NCBI RefSeq assembly: GCF_006345805.1
Contig: NC_043023.1
Location: 10,292,001-10,356,000 of the forward strand
Reading direction: 5' to 3'
DNA length: 64,000 nucleotides
From: Octopus sinensis
Lineage: Eukaryota
Part shown: positions 16,272 through 28,483 of the stretch, piece by piece
Position numbering within the stretch: position 1 is the stretch's first letter
How the letters are laid out: each line of letters begins with the position of its first letter
Made by a program: the position numbers and the translations under genes
Notes under the pieces: model-generated
Told to the model about the DNA's origin: nothing
What the model saw: the letters and a program-made list of their open reading frames with translations, nothing else
Databases searched by the model: none

Positions 16272-18336
16272 GGAATAATATTCATTTCCCAAGTTACAGA
16301 CTTGTTTTATGAGTTTTATTTTTCAAGCACAACATCCAAATTTGAAAGTTTCTACTACCATAACAAATGCATCTGTTCTTACCCCAGAATTTGATAAAAA
16401 AAGCAAAGAACATGCTTCTCAGTAAACAACTCTAGACTTGTTCTTGTGAATCAGTGGTCCGTCTACAAATGATGGTGTCCTGAGTCCTTTCCAAGTGGAT
16501 TCAGAAACATTATAATGATCATATTTTATCTATTCTAAATGATCTTGACATTGTTTTTGACTTTACATAAAATATTCTTTACATTCTACTGTTGTTTGGT
16601 TGTCATTTATTTACAAGTATTATAATTTAATGGTAAAATAATTTTCTAGGATGAATTAACATTTATAACGTTGCTTCTATGGGAAATTATTGCTTTGCTT
16701 TATGAGTTTTCACTGTAGGAGCATCATCCAGAAGAAATTAACTCAAAACTCATATCAAGTGCATTATTTTGGCGCAGGCCCGCATTTCAGGGCAGGAGTA
16801 AGTTGAATACCACATGGATCAGCATGTGTGCTTTTTACATGAACTAGCACAAATGCCTTCTTACAGGAGTGCATTGCATGATATATCTGTATAAATAAAG
16901 CTGAAGGTTGTCTGTGTGTGTGTGTGTGGCAGGTTTTTAGCCTTCAACTAAACACATCTCCTAAGAGACCCTGCTGTGCAAGTTGATCAAGTTTGAGAGT
17001 ATCATAGAAAAGGCTTGCTCTTCCTTACGTAGAAGAAAAATTCAATCGGCCCATGTTAACCCCAAAAATTATTTACTTTACATCGAAAAGGTTCTTTTTT
17101 TACTATGAAAATCCTATTTTTTTACGAATTTTTGACTTCTGTGTTGCACTTTTCTGTGTATTTCAACCAGAAGAATCTTCACTTAAAGAGAATAACAAGC
17201 TACATAATGCAAAATTATTACTTTTCAAACATTCCAATTCTAAAGTGTCGACAAACTCAATCAAAGCCGGCGATATGCTAGTAAATCTCTCTTATATAAA
17301 ATTGAGATCTTTCCGGTTTGAACGGCAGTTTTTAAAAATAATTTCCACCTAACTAACACTTTCAAACTTCGTATACTGGTAATATGTTTATAAAAATTGT
17401 CTTTTCTCTTGCTTTATTGAAAAATTCTATGGTTTGTAAATATTTGTTTGTTTTTGTTTCTTCAATTTCCTGCAATTTCAACCAATCAATGACTCTATTG
17501 GGTAAAAAAAAAAAAACATTCTGTGCCGTATGAATAGGTCCCTCGTTTAAGAAACAGATTGGGTTTTTTTTACATTTCTGAAGAAAAAAGATACCCTAAC
17601 CCAAAACAGATTGAAATGCAATAGATCGATACAAGGGTCATGAATTATGGGTGACTTTTTCATATAACACTGCCGTTCATACCGAAAAGATCTCAAATTC
17701 TAATTCTAAAGATCAAACAAACCCGAGCAACGCCGGGCGATACTGCTAGTAGCATATAAAGCTAAAAAAAATCGAAAGGGTTTTTTTATTTTTACTGGAC
17801 GTCGGTTTATGTACTTGCTTATCTCCCTTACTCGTCTAATTAGCCTATTGTTTTCTTCCCACTGTTGTAAATCAGCAACGTACTTCGTCCGATCTAATTA
17901 CTACTTCTCATTAATGTTGTGTAATTATTGTGTGGTAACACGTTGCCTTCCGTATATAATACTTTGTCCGATCTAATTACTTCTCAGTAATGTTGTAATT
18001 TTGTGGAACAACGTTCCTTCGTATATCACATACTTCTGTCCGATCTAATTACTTCTTCTCATTCAATGTCCGATGGTAATTATTGTGGGTAACAACGTTC
18101 CTTCGTAATATCACATACTTTTTGTCGATCTAATTACTCCTCAGGAAGGTTGTAGATGTATGGTGGTACAACGTTCCTTCGTATAATCACATACTTTTTC
18201 CGAATCTAATTACTTCTGTTAATTAATGTTATAATGTATTGTGGTAAACAAACGTTCCTCGTATATCACATACATCTGATGGTCTGATACACCCTTACGT
18301 TGTCGAGGCGGTTACTGTTTATATCTCGTTCAGAAT

Positions 18337-18436
18337 NNNNNNNNNNNNNNNNNNNNNNNNNNNNNNNNNNNNNNNNNNNNNNNNNNNNNNNNNNNNNNNN
18401 NNNNNNNNNNNNNNNNNNNNNNNNNNNNNNNNNNNN
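18337..18436. other. Assembly gap (100 N)
   Basis: Run of exactly 100 n. Confidence 1.
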
Positions 18437-18619
18437 TGCTTTATTATGATTATATATGTACGTATCGTTGAATGTGTGTGTGTGTGCGTCTTTTGTCTGT
18501 GTGTGTGTTGTGTACGTATATGTGTATCTATATGGTTTTCGTGTTTATATAGATGTAATGGTTTTATTGACGTCAGAGTTGTTCCAAGCTCTTGTTTGGG
18601 AGATGATAGCCTTGAAAAT

Positions 18620-19910
18620 TAACCAAGGGGAGATCACAATCTGTTATTCGGCTGGTGGATTAAATGTTCTGGTTGAACAAAATCCGAGAACGAAGGTTCA
18701 AAACCCTTCATCAGAACTCCAAACATCCCACACAACTGTTTTTTGGACACTGTAAAAAAAGAAATTGGAAAATTCCAGAAAACGAGTGAGTACGTATATG
18801 TGCCAACTGAACGAGATTTCAAACAACAGACGCGCCTCGAAATGTGCTCTTTATTGCTTTCTAGACTGGAAAAGACCATTTTTGCATCAAATCATTATTT
18901 GTAATGAGAGAGGATATTCTTTGACAACGGCATGAGAACAGGACGTGATTAAATGCAGGAGAATCATCTAAACACTCCCCAAACCCACCATGTTGGTGGT
19001 CACTGTATGGAGGTCTGCGAAGGGAGTTATTCATTATTCACTTTTGCAGTAAGGAAAAACGGTAACAGCAGCATCGTATGGTCAGGAAATTGATTATATG
19101 CATGAGAATTTGAAAAAGAAAAAACCCAGCCCAGTGAATAGAGATGGCCCATTTTGCACGTCCTCACACTCCATAACCTACAGTCCAGTGGAGGCGCAAT
19201 GGCCCAGTGGTTGGGCAGCGGACTCGCGGTCATGGATCGCGGTTTCGATTCTCAGACCGGGCGTTGTGAGTGTTTATTGAGCGAAAACACCTAAAAGCTC
19301 CACGAGGCTCTGGCAGGGGATGGTGGTGATCCTGCTGTACTCTTTCACCACAACTTTTCTCTCACTCTTACTTCCTGTTTCTGTTGTACCTGTATTTCAA
19401 GGGGCGGCCTTGTCACTCTCTGTGTCACGCTGAATATCCCCGAGAACTACGTTACGGGTGCACGTGTCTGTGGAGTGCTCAGCCACTTACACGTTAATTT
19501 CACGAGCAGGCTGTTCCATTGATTCGGATCAACCGGAACCCTCATCGTCGTAACCGACGGAGTGCTTCTTCTAACCTACAGTCGAAAAGTTGAAAAGCCT
19601 GAATTATGAGATTTTGCAAGATCCGCCCCATTCCCCTGATATCTCTCCAACCGATCAGCATTTATTTAAGCATTTCGAGCTCTACATAAGCAATAAAACA
19701 TTCTTAATAGAGAAGAGTAATTGAAGCAGTCGAACAGTTTATCACAGCAAAAGATGAATTATTTTAACGATGGAATGTATGACATAATGAAACTTTGGTT
19801 AAACGTCATAATGGCATGGATCATATTTTGATTAAATAAATCAGTTCTCTAACACTTCTGAAACATTTTATTGTTATTTCAAATTCACCATTCATGTGAA
19901 GCACCTAATA
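18620..19910 (+). mobile_element. Degenerate mariner (Tc1/mariner) transposon relic interrupted by a SINE
   Basis: Fragments translate as EKLKSLNYEILQDPPHSPDISPTDQHLFKH (mariner PPYSPDL motif). Possible right TIR ...gaagcacctaaTA next to a (TA)n run; left end not seen. Confidence 0.75.
19186..19571 (+). mobile_element. tRNA-derived SINE family C, full length with 12-bp TSD. Other copies at about 43175-43925 (-, three partial tandem), 44110-44175 (+, head), 44440-44798 (-)
   Basis: Head gtggaggcgcaatggcccagtgg. TSD TAACCTACAGTC at 19174-19185 and 19572-19583. Confidence 0.92.
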
Positions 19911-19955
19911 TATATATATATATATATATGTGGTGTGTGTGTGTGTGGTGTATAT

Positions 19956-20033
<78 letters not shown>

Positions 20034-20129
20034 CATATATATATATATAATACATATATATATATATATCCATATATACATATATGTACATATTATATAT
20101 ATATATACATATATATATATATACATATA

Positions 20130-20206
<77 letters not shown>

Positions 20207-20244
20207 TATATATATAATATACATATATATATATATATACATAT

Positions 20245-20278
<34 letters not shown>

Positions 20279-20322
20279 CTATATATATACATATATATAT
20301 ATATACATATATACATATATAC

Positions 20323-20392
<70 letters not shown>
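19907..20392. repeat. Compound (TA)n/(TG)n microsatellite. Similar runs at 8875-8955, 38690-38783, 41525-41750; (ATATC)n at 38985-39060
   Basis: Direct inspection. Confidence 0.98.
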
Positions 20393-20397
<5 letters not shown>

Positions 20398-20986
20398 GAG
20401 TTTACGAAAAAAACAAAAGAAGAAGAAAGGTGTTGTACAAAACAAGCAGATGTATTAGTTTAACGCTCAGGAATAGAAAATTCTTTTACGTTTCGGGCCT
20501 ACGCTCTTCGACAGAAAGGGACACAGAAAAAACAAGGAGAGAAAAAAAATGTGTGTAGTGGCTAACGATCTAAAATGAATGGCTTTATTTGTTGAGAATA
20601 TTTACGTCATGATTGACATAGATAATAGTTACGTAAACAAAGACCAGACATTTCAATCTTATAGAAGAAAGCAAAATTGCATGTGACAAGTCTAAAAGAT
20701 ATAGCCTGCTGATTAGTCCCTAGTTTTAAGGTAAGGCGGAAACAGTTTGTTCTTAATTCTTGTACTGGGAACCGATTCAAATGTAGCTCTGGGAATAGAG
20801 TAGTTTTACTATGTTAAACGCACACACAGGCTGTGGCTGTGTGGGTAAGTAGCTTGCTAACCAACCACATGGTTCCGGGTTCAGTCCCACTGCGTGGCAT
20901 CTTGGGCAAGTGTCTTCTGCTATAGCCCCGGGCCGACCAATGCCTTGTGAATGGATTTGGTAGACGGAAACTGAAAGAAGCCTGTC

Positions 20987-21023
<37 letters not shown>

Positions 21024-22728
21024 TGTGTTTCCCCCTAGCATTGCTTGACAACCGATGCTAGTGTGTTTACGTCCCCGTCACTTAGCGGTTCGGCAAAAAA
21101 GACCAATAGAATAAGTACTGGGCTTACAAAGAATAAGTCCCGGGGTCGATTTGCTCCAGTATGGCCGCAGTCAAATGACTGAAACAAGTAAAAGAGAGTA
21201 AGAGTATACACATACACACGCGCATATATATATCATTTGTGTGTGCGTGCGTATCTGTGTGTTTTGTGTGTGCGTGTTGATATAAATATGCATCAATAAA
21301 TTCATGGCTCTAGTTGTAGTGTTCCCGCCTAACTTATGTATGATCCACGGATCCATAGATCAAGATATGTCTGCATCTTGCCATGGTGTGATCCATAGAT
21401 AATTGCTGAAATATATATGTCTCAACTTAGCTAATCAGCAGGCTGCACATTCCAATTTGCAGGATTTCTTTGTAACCTATTTGAGTATAATAAGCGGAGT
21501 AACACTCTTTCTCTTTTACTCTTTTACTCTTTTACTTGTTTCAGTCATTTGACTGCGGCCATGCTGCAGCACCGCCTTTGGTCGAGCAAATTGACCCTGG
21601 GACTTATTCTTTGTAAACCTAGTACTTATTCTATCAGTCTCTTTTGCCGAAACCCTACGTTAGGAGAAGAGAAATACATCAAGATCGGCTGTCAAGCGAT
21701 GCTGGGGAGTACAAACACAGACACAAAGACAAACACAAATATATACATACATATAAACACATACACACATATATACACACTTATATAATATATGTTATAT
21801 ATATGGCACTACTTCATAAGCCAGCCCCAACTCAACTCGTCCTGTCGAAAGACCCTTGTCCTACGTCCTGGTTTTGTTTTGTTTTTTATCTTTACCGTTA
21901 TTGTTTTTACGTTTTTGTATTCTTATTCGTGCTTTCCTTATTGTTGTCACGTATTCTGTATTTTTGTTCGTGTACTTCGTTCGTTTTCCGTCCTCGTGTA
22001 GTATACATTCGAAGCTTTCTTCCAAGGGATCTAATGCGCTTGGCTTAGATTTTCCTTTGGGGGCTGCCCAGATCGGAGCAATCTCAAGATTAATCAGCCG
22101 AAATTGCGAAGATGATCTGGTTCTTGACTGATGACTGAGGGCTTCGAATGTCCCGTCCTGTGGTTCTTGTGTCGTCTCTTTGGTGTTTCATGTTCTTGTC
22201 CATGTCTGTATTTATTTTTTACTGTTTACATATATATATATATATATATAATTGATATAGGATAATTTTTTTTTTCGAGAAAAAAATGTTATCAATGGCC
22301 AGCATATCAAAACATGCCTTTAAAGGTAAAATTTATACATAATTTACAAGATAAAGGCAAAAGAAAAATTCTATGCCAGATATATATATGTTATATATAC
22401 ATACATATACATATATGTATATACATATAAGCACACACAAGCAATGCTAGAGGGACAAACACAGACACACAAACATATACACATATATATATACATACAT
22501 ATATACGACAGGCTTCTTTCAGTTTCCGTCTACCAAACACACTCACAAGGTTTTGGTCGGCCCAAAGCTATAGCAGAAGACACTTGCCCAGGATGCCACG
22601 CAGTGGGACTGAACCCGGAACCATGCACTTGGTAAACAAGCTACTTACCACACACCCACTCCTGCGCCTATGTAGCATCTAATCTAGAGAAAGAACGACT
22701 GCTCCGTTTATTAGCATCAGGAAGAACA

Positions 22729-23100
22729 TCTCTATATATAAACGGCAGTTTGTCTGTGTGCGTGTCTGTGTGTCTGTTAGGTTGTACCCTCACCCTGACC
22801 ACGGCTTTCAACCGATTCTGATGAAACTTGACACACACATAGCCCAATGTCATAATTCAAAACTAACGCAGCGAAAATTTTGAAAAGTTCCCCCAGTTCT
22901 GAAAAAAATCGATAAATTCGACATGGGGTCGAGAATCAGAAACACGAACCACAAACTGTCTAGGGGACGCAACTCCACCTTTTTTAAATCTCAAAAAAAA
23001 ATTTACCATCATTTTTTCCCATTTTTTGGCTATAACTCTCTAAAAATGCTTTATAGTTATTTCCCTTACAAACCTGAGCAACGCCGGGCGATACTGCTAG
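22729..23100 (+). mobile_element. Helitron-like non-autonomous element
   Basis: A|TCtctatatataaacgg ... gagcaacgccgggcgatactgCTAG|T. The 3' end is shared with the 7-kb copies but the interior differs. Confidence 0.75.
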
Positions 23101-23163
23101 TTCAGCTATAAATAATACTTAGAAAAACTGAACTTTTCATTGCTTATTTAATGTGAGGTCTTT

Positions 23164-23279
23164 GAATCATTGTCTTCACCTGAGCCCTATATGAATCATT
23201 GTCTTCACCTGAGCCCTATATGAATCATTGTCTTCACCTGAGCCCTATATGAATCCTTGTCTTCACCTGAGCCCTAAAT
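23164..23279. repeat. 29-bp tandem repeat x4
   Basis: gaatcattgtcttcacctgagccctatat at 23164, 23193, 23222 and 23251. Confidence 0.97.
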
Positions 23280-23328
23280 GCAAATTATGTTTCCTTCATT
23301 CCTTTTCAGCACCTTTCAATAAAACAGG

Positions 23329-23412
23329 ATGGCAACTGATTTGATTACGCAGAAAATTATGCAAATGAATCCTGACTATGTTAGCGAATTTTTAAAAAAG
23401 AATCCAAATAAA
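23329..23412 (+). CDS. Predicted first coding exon of the ankyrin-repeat gene (MATDLITQKIMQMNPDYVSEFLKKNPNK)
   Basis: Acceptor ttttcag ends 23309, ATG at 23329, phase-0 donor AAA|gtaagc at 23413. It joins in frame to the phase-0 acceptor at 24908. Confidence 0.7.
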
Positions 23413-24148
23413 GTAAGCTACTCTCCATATCGTGTTTTCAAGCTTTATTATATGCAGTTATTTTATTTTTATCCTCAGGATTCAGGACTCCTGACTAATC
23501 ACATAAATTTGTCCTTGACATTTCATTTCTTCCTTCACCTCCTTCCTCTTATCTTCATCATCATTACATTTTATAGATACTAAATTAAACCGCAAGGCGC
23601 GCCAGAGTTGATGGAATGTGAGTGTGAGAGAATCGTGGAATACTGGAATGCAGTATTGTGACAGGAAATATTCGATCCAAGAGATGAGAAACGGAAGGAG
23701 TCAATAGATGGGTGATAAATTTGTCAAGACGTTCTCAAGTTGAAGAGATTTACAGATGTCATGGTCAACACTGTGTCTTCTACAAAAGCTATCAAACATG
23801 AAGGCGTCGAGCTGGCAAAATCGTTAGCAGCTCGGGCGAAATGCTGAGAGCGATTCCGTCAGCCGTTACGTTCTGAGTTCAAATTCCGGCGAGGTCGACT
23901 TTGCCTTTCATCCTTTCGGGGTCGATTAAATAAGTACCAGTTACGCACTGGAGTCGATATAATCGACTTAATCCGTTTGTCTGTCCTTGTTTGTCCCCTC
24001 TGTATTTAGCCCCTTGTGAGTAGTAAAGAAATAGGTATTTCGTCTGCTGCTATGTTCTGAGTTTTAATTCCGCTGAGGTCGACTTTGCCTTTCATTTTTC
24101 GGGGTCGATTAAATAAGTACCAGTTACGCTCTGGGGTCGATATGTATG

Positions 24149-24206
<58 letters not shown>

Positions 24207-24552
24207 TGCACACATACACGTGCGCGCACTATTTGTAGATATATATGCATATATATGTAGGTGCCCCTTTTTAAGCATAATTACAATATAAGCCTCACCT
24301 TTTTTACCATTTCTCCCGCACCATCATTACTCCTACTCTTTTTCTCTTTTACTCTTTTACTTGTTTCAGTCGTTTGACTGCGGCCATGCTGGAGCACCGC
24401 CTTTAATCGAGCAACTCGACCCCGGGACTTATTCTTTGTAAGCCCAGTACTTATTCTATCGGTCTTTTTTGCCGAACCGCTAAGCAACGGGGACATAAAC
24501 ACAGCAGCATCGGTTGTCAAGCAATGCTAGGGGGACAAACACAGACACACAA

Positions 24553-24583
<31 letters not shown>

Positions 24584-24907
24584 CATATATACGAAGAGCT
24601 TCTTTCAGTTGGTAAACAAGCTACTTACCACACAGCCACTCCTTTGCCTATATACGACAGGCTTCTTTCAGTTTCCGTCTACCAAATCCACTCACAAGGC
24701 TTTGGTCGGCCTGAGGCTATAGTAGAAGACACTTGCCCATGGTGCCACGCAGTGGGACTGAACCCGGAACCATGTGGTTGGTAAACAAGCTACTTACCAC
24801 ACAGCCACACTTTTTCTTTTCACTTTGATTCACTTTTTCTCTTTCTGTTTTGTTTTTCTATTCTTGTACCGAGGCATTATTTGTAATATGTCTTCTTTCT
24901 TTTTCAG

Positions 24908-27178
24908 ATCACTGTACCTGACAAATACGGTAACACACCCCTGCATGTGGCCTGTAGTGTTGGGCACACAAGCCTGGTGAAGAAGATGTTAATGCTTACA
25001 CCTGACATTAATGTGGCAGATAAAGATCGTAACACTCCTCTCCATGTGGCCTGTCGGTGGGGACGCATCAGTGTTATTGAGCATCTCCTGGTAACTAAAC
25101 CTGATGTCACTGCAGTGAATAGTTACGGGAACACACCTCTACATCTGGCCTGTATCAATGACCACAAAGACGCTGCTAAAATACTACTACAGTCCAATCC
25201 TAGAGTTCGTGTGGTGAAAACTAAAAGGAAAAGAACTTTAGATTTGCTGAATGGTGACGAAAGCATAGACATTGGTGAAAAACAATTACAATCCAAATCT
25301 AAAGATCCCAAGTTGAAAGAAAGTTGGAAAATATCTCGGAATCTGTTCTACAGGGATAAAAATACTGGAGATGATGAAGAGCCAACAGAGCCTCATGTCG
25401 ACTTGGTGAATAAATACAAACACACACCTCTACATTTGGCGTGTATTAATGGAAGTACAGGCCTAATTAAACAGCTACTACTTTTTAAACCTGATATAAA
25501 TATGGAGGATAAATATGGCTACACACCCCTGCACTGGCTTTGCTCTGGTGGACACACGGGTGTTGAAGTACTATTAATGTCTAAACCTGATGTAAATGTG
25601 GCAGATAAAGATGGTAATATACCTCTCCACCTGGCCTGTCGTGGTGGGTACACAGACACGGTGAAACAGCTACTGCACTCTGGTTCTGATATAAACCTAG
25701 TGAATAATGGTGGTAACTCACCTTTGCATCTGGCGTGTGGTCGAGGACACACAGACACGGTGAAGCAGCTACTGTTATCTAAACCCAATATAAACCTAAT
25801 GAATAATGAAAGTAATACAGCTCTACATTTGGCCTGTGTTCGGGGACACACAGACATGGTGAAGCAGTTACTGTTATCTAAACCTAATATAAATTTAGGG
25901 AATAGTGATGGTAACACGCCTCTACATCTGGCCTGTGTTCGTGGACACACAGACATGGTGAAGCAGCTCCTACTGCTTGAGCCTGATGTAAATGTACTGA
26001 ATAATGATGATAACACACCGCTACACCTGGCTTGTCCTGATGGACACACAGACATACTGAAACAGCTATTACTGTTTGAACTTGATGTAAATGTGGTGAA
26101 TAAAGATGGTAACACACCGCTGCATCTGGCCTGTGGTCATGGACACACAAACATGGCTAAGCTCCTACTGTTCTCTAAGTCTGATGTTAATGTGGAAGAT
26201 AAAGACGGCAACACGCCTCTACATCTGGCTTGTCGTGGTGGACACACAGACATGCTGAAACACCTACTACTGTTTGATCCTGATATGAATGTAGTGAATA
26301 AAGATGGTGACACGCCCCTACTTCTGCTCTGTGTTCACGGACAAATAGACATGGTAAAACAGTTTCTGCTGTTTAAACCAGATGTAAATGTAGCGAATAA
26401 AAATGGCAACACAACTCTACATCTGGCTTGTGGTCATGGACACGCAGATATCATGAAGCAGCTCCTACAATCCAAAGCTACTGTCAATGTGAAGAATAAC
26501 GATGGTAACACACCACTTCTTCTAGCGTGCCGTGGGGGACATATAGACATGGTGAAACAGCTATTCTTGTTTGAATCTGATGTAAATATCGCGAATAAAG
26601 ATGGTAACACACCGCTACATCTTGCATGTGATCGTGGACACACGGATATCTTGAAGGAGCTCCTACTAAATAAAGCTGCTGTCAATATCGCGAATAAAGA
26701 TGGTAACACACCGCTACATCTTGCATGTGATCGTGGACACACGGATATCTTGAAGGAGCTCCTACTAAATAAAGCTGCTGTCAATATGGCAAATAAAGAT
26801 GGTAACACACCACTTCATTTGGCCTGTGTTCATGGACTTACAGACATGGTGAAGCAACTACTAACCTCTAAAGCTGATGTAAGTGTTGTGGATAAAGAAG
26901 GTAACACACCTTTACATCTGGCCTGTCTTGGTGGACACACAGACATGGTGAAGCAGTTAATGCTCTCTGAATCTGATGTAAGTGCAAGGGATAAAGATGG
27001 TAACACGCCCTTACATCTAGCCTGTGCTCAGGGACACACGGACATGGTGAAGCAGCTACTGCACTCTAACGCTGATACAGATGCGGTGAATAAAGATGGT
27101 AAGACACCGCTATATCTGGCTAATAGTAACGGAGACATAGATGTGGTGAAGCAGCTCCTGCTATACAAACGGAAGTAA
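24908..27178 (+). CDS. Ankyrin-repeat protein main exon (21 repeats; ~784 aa with exon 1)
   Basis: Acceptor ttttcag|ATC at 24907/8 gives ITVPDKYGNTPLH, in frame with the 743-aa ORF. 21 G-x-TPLHLAC-x-x-GH units counted by hand. Confidence 0.93.
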   Translation: MTVPDKYGNTPLHVACSVGHTSLVKKMLMLTPDINVADKDRNTPLHVACRWGRISVIEHLLVTKPDVTAVNSYGNTPLHLACINDHKDAAKILLQSNPRVRVVKTKRKRTLDLLNGDESIDIGEKQLQSKSKDPKLKESWKISRNLFYRDKNTGDDEEPTEPHVDLVNKYKHTPLHLACINGSTGLIKQLLLFKPDINMEDKYGYTPLHWLCSGGHTGVEVLLMSKPDVNVADKDGNIPLHLACRGGYTDTVKQLLHSGSDINLVNNGGNSPLHLACGRGHTDTVKQLLLSKPNINLMNNESNTALHLACVRGHTDMVKQLLLSKPNINLGNSDGNTPLHLACVRGHTDMVKQLLLLEPDVNVLNNDDNTPLHLACPDGHTDILKQLLLFELDVNVVNKDGNTPLHLACGHGHTNMAKLLLFSKSDVNVEDKDGNTPLHLACRGGHTDMLKHLLLFDPDMNVVNKDGDTPLLLLCVHGQIDMVKQFLLFKPDVNVANKNGNTTLHLACGHGHADIMKQLLQSKATVNVKNNDGNTPLLLACRGGHIDMVKQLFLFESDVNIANKDGNTPLHLACDRGHTDILKELLLNKAAVNIANKDGNTPLHLACDRGHTDILKELLLNKAAVNMANKDGNTPLHLACVHGLTDMVKQLLTSKADVSVVDKEGNTPLHLACLGGHTDMVKQLMLSESDVSARDKDGNTPLHLACAQGHTDMVKQLLHSNADTDAVNKDGKTPLYLANSNGDIDVVKQLLLYKRK

Positions 27179-27821
27179 ACGTGGCGAATAAAGATTGTGT
27201 CACACAAATATATATATCCGGCATGAGTTGAGAAGGCACAGACGGTGTGAAAGTGCTCTTGTTGTCTAAAGCTGGAGTCAATGTCGTGGATAACAATATT
27301 TGTTTCTTTCTTTACTACCCACAAGAACTAAACACAGAGGGGACAAACAAGGACAGACAAACGGATTAAGTCGATTACATCGACCCCCAGTGCGTAACTG
27401 GTATGTAATTTATCGACCCCGAAAGGATGAAAGGCAAAGTCGACCTTGGCGGAATTTGAACTCAGAATGTAACGGCATACAAAATACCTATTTCTTTATT
27501 ACCCACAAGGGGCTAAATACAGAGGGGACAAACAAGGACAGACAAACGGATTAAGTCAATTACATCGACCTCAGTGCGTAACTGGTACTTAATTTATCGA
27601 CGCCGAAAGGATGAAAGGCAAAGTCGACCTCGGCGGAATTTGAACTCAGAACGTAACGGTAGACGAAATACGGCTACGCATTTCGCCCGTCGTGCCAACG
27701 ATTCTGCCAGCTCGCCGTGGATAACAATGTTACCACATCTCTGCATTTCCTATTCTACTGTAATTCAGCAATAATCTAAAATATCCAAATCATTTTCATT
27801 CATCTTTTCAATGGGGTTTTA

Positions 27822-28072
27822 TTGAGCCTGATGTAAATGTACTGAATAATGATGATAACACACCGCTACACCTCGCTTGTCCTGATGGACACACAGACAT
27901 ACTGAAACAGCTATTACTGTTTGAACTTGATGTGAATGTGGTGAATAAAGATGGTAACACACTGCTGCATCTGGCCTGTGGTCATGGACACACAAACATG
28001 GCTAAGCACCTACTGTTCTCTAAGTCTGATGTTAATGTGGAAGATAAAGACGGCAACACGCCTCTACATCTG
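27822..28072 (+). pseudogene. 251-bp duplicate of ankyrin coding sequence 25977-26227
   Basis: Near-identical from ttgagcctgatgtaaatg to acgcctctacatctg, with a few substitutions. Confidence 0.92.
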
Positions 28073-28173
28073 CACAATCCCACCATGGGTTGTTTTGAGA
28101 CTTTCTTTTACAGCATGTTGTTGTCATTTGAGTAGATTTTTTACTTCATCTCACCCATTACCTCAATATTATG

Positions 28174-28483
28174 TGGAGGCACATGGCCTAGTGGTTAGAG
28201 CAGTGGACTCGCGGTCGAGGGATCGCAGGTTCGAAACTCAGACCGGGCGATGTGTGTGTTTATGAGCGAAACACCTAAGCTCCACGCGGCACCGACAGAA
28301 GGTAATGGCGAAACTTCTGCTGACTCTTCCGCCACAACTTTCTCTCGCTCTTTCCTCCTGCATCTTGCAGCTCACCTGCGACGGACCGGCATCTCGTCCA
28401 GGTGGGGAACCTATACGCCAAGGAAACCGGGAAACCGGCCCTTATGAGCCAGGCATGGCTCGAAAAGGAACAAACAAAAACAA
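28174..28483 (+). mobile_element. tRNA-derived SINE family D with 17-bp TSD
   Basis: Head tggaggcacatggcctagtggttagagc. TSD ATTACCTCAATATTATG at 28157-28173 and 28484-28500. Confidence 0.92.

Noticed and set aside
19885-20458. ORFs rich in YI/CV/TH (also 8802, 24006, 38614, 41355-41808)
   Set aside because: Translations of (TA)n/(TG)n microsatellites.
24281-24784. Recurring short ORFs (MTTDAGVF..., MLGGQTQT..., MRTDAG...)
   Set aside because: Incidental frames in SINE family A; stops and frames vary between copies.
25123-27324. Minus-strand ORFs up to 198 aa opposite the ankyrin exon, and antisense ORFs over zinc-finger arrays
   Set aside because: Shadow ORFs caused by repeat periodicity on the coding strand.
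28174-28250. tRNA genes at SINE heads (also 19186, 44110, 44857, 54921)
   Set aside because: No complete cloverleaf or acceptor stem; each continues into a SINE body, some with TSDs.
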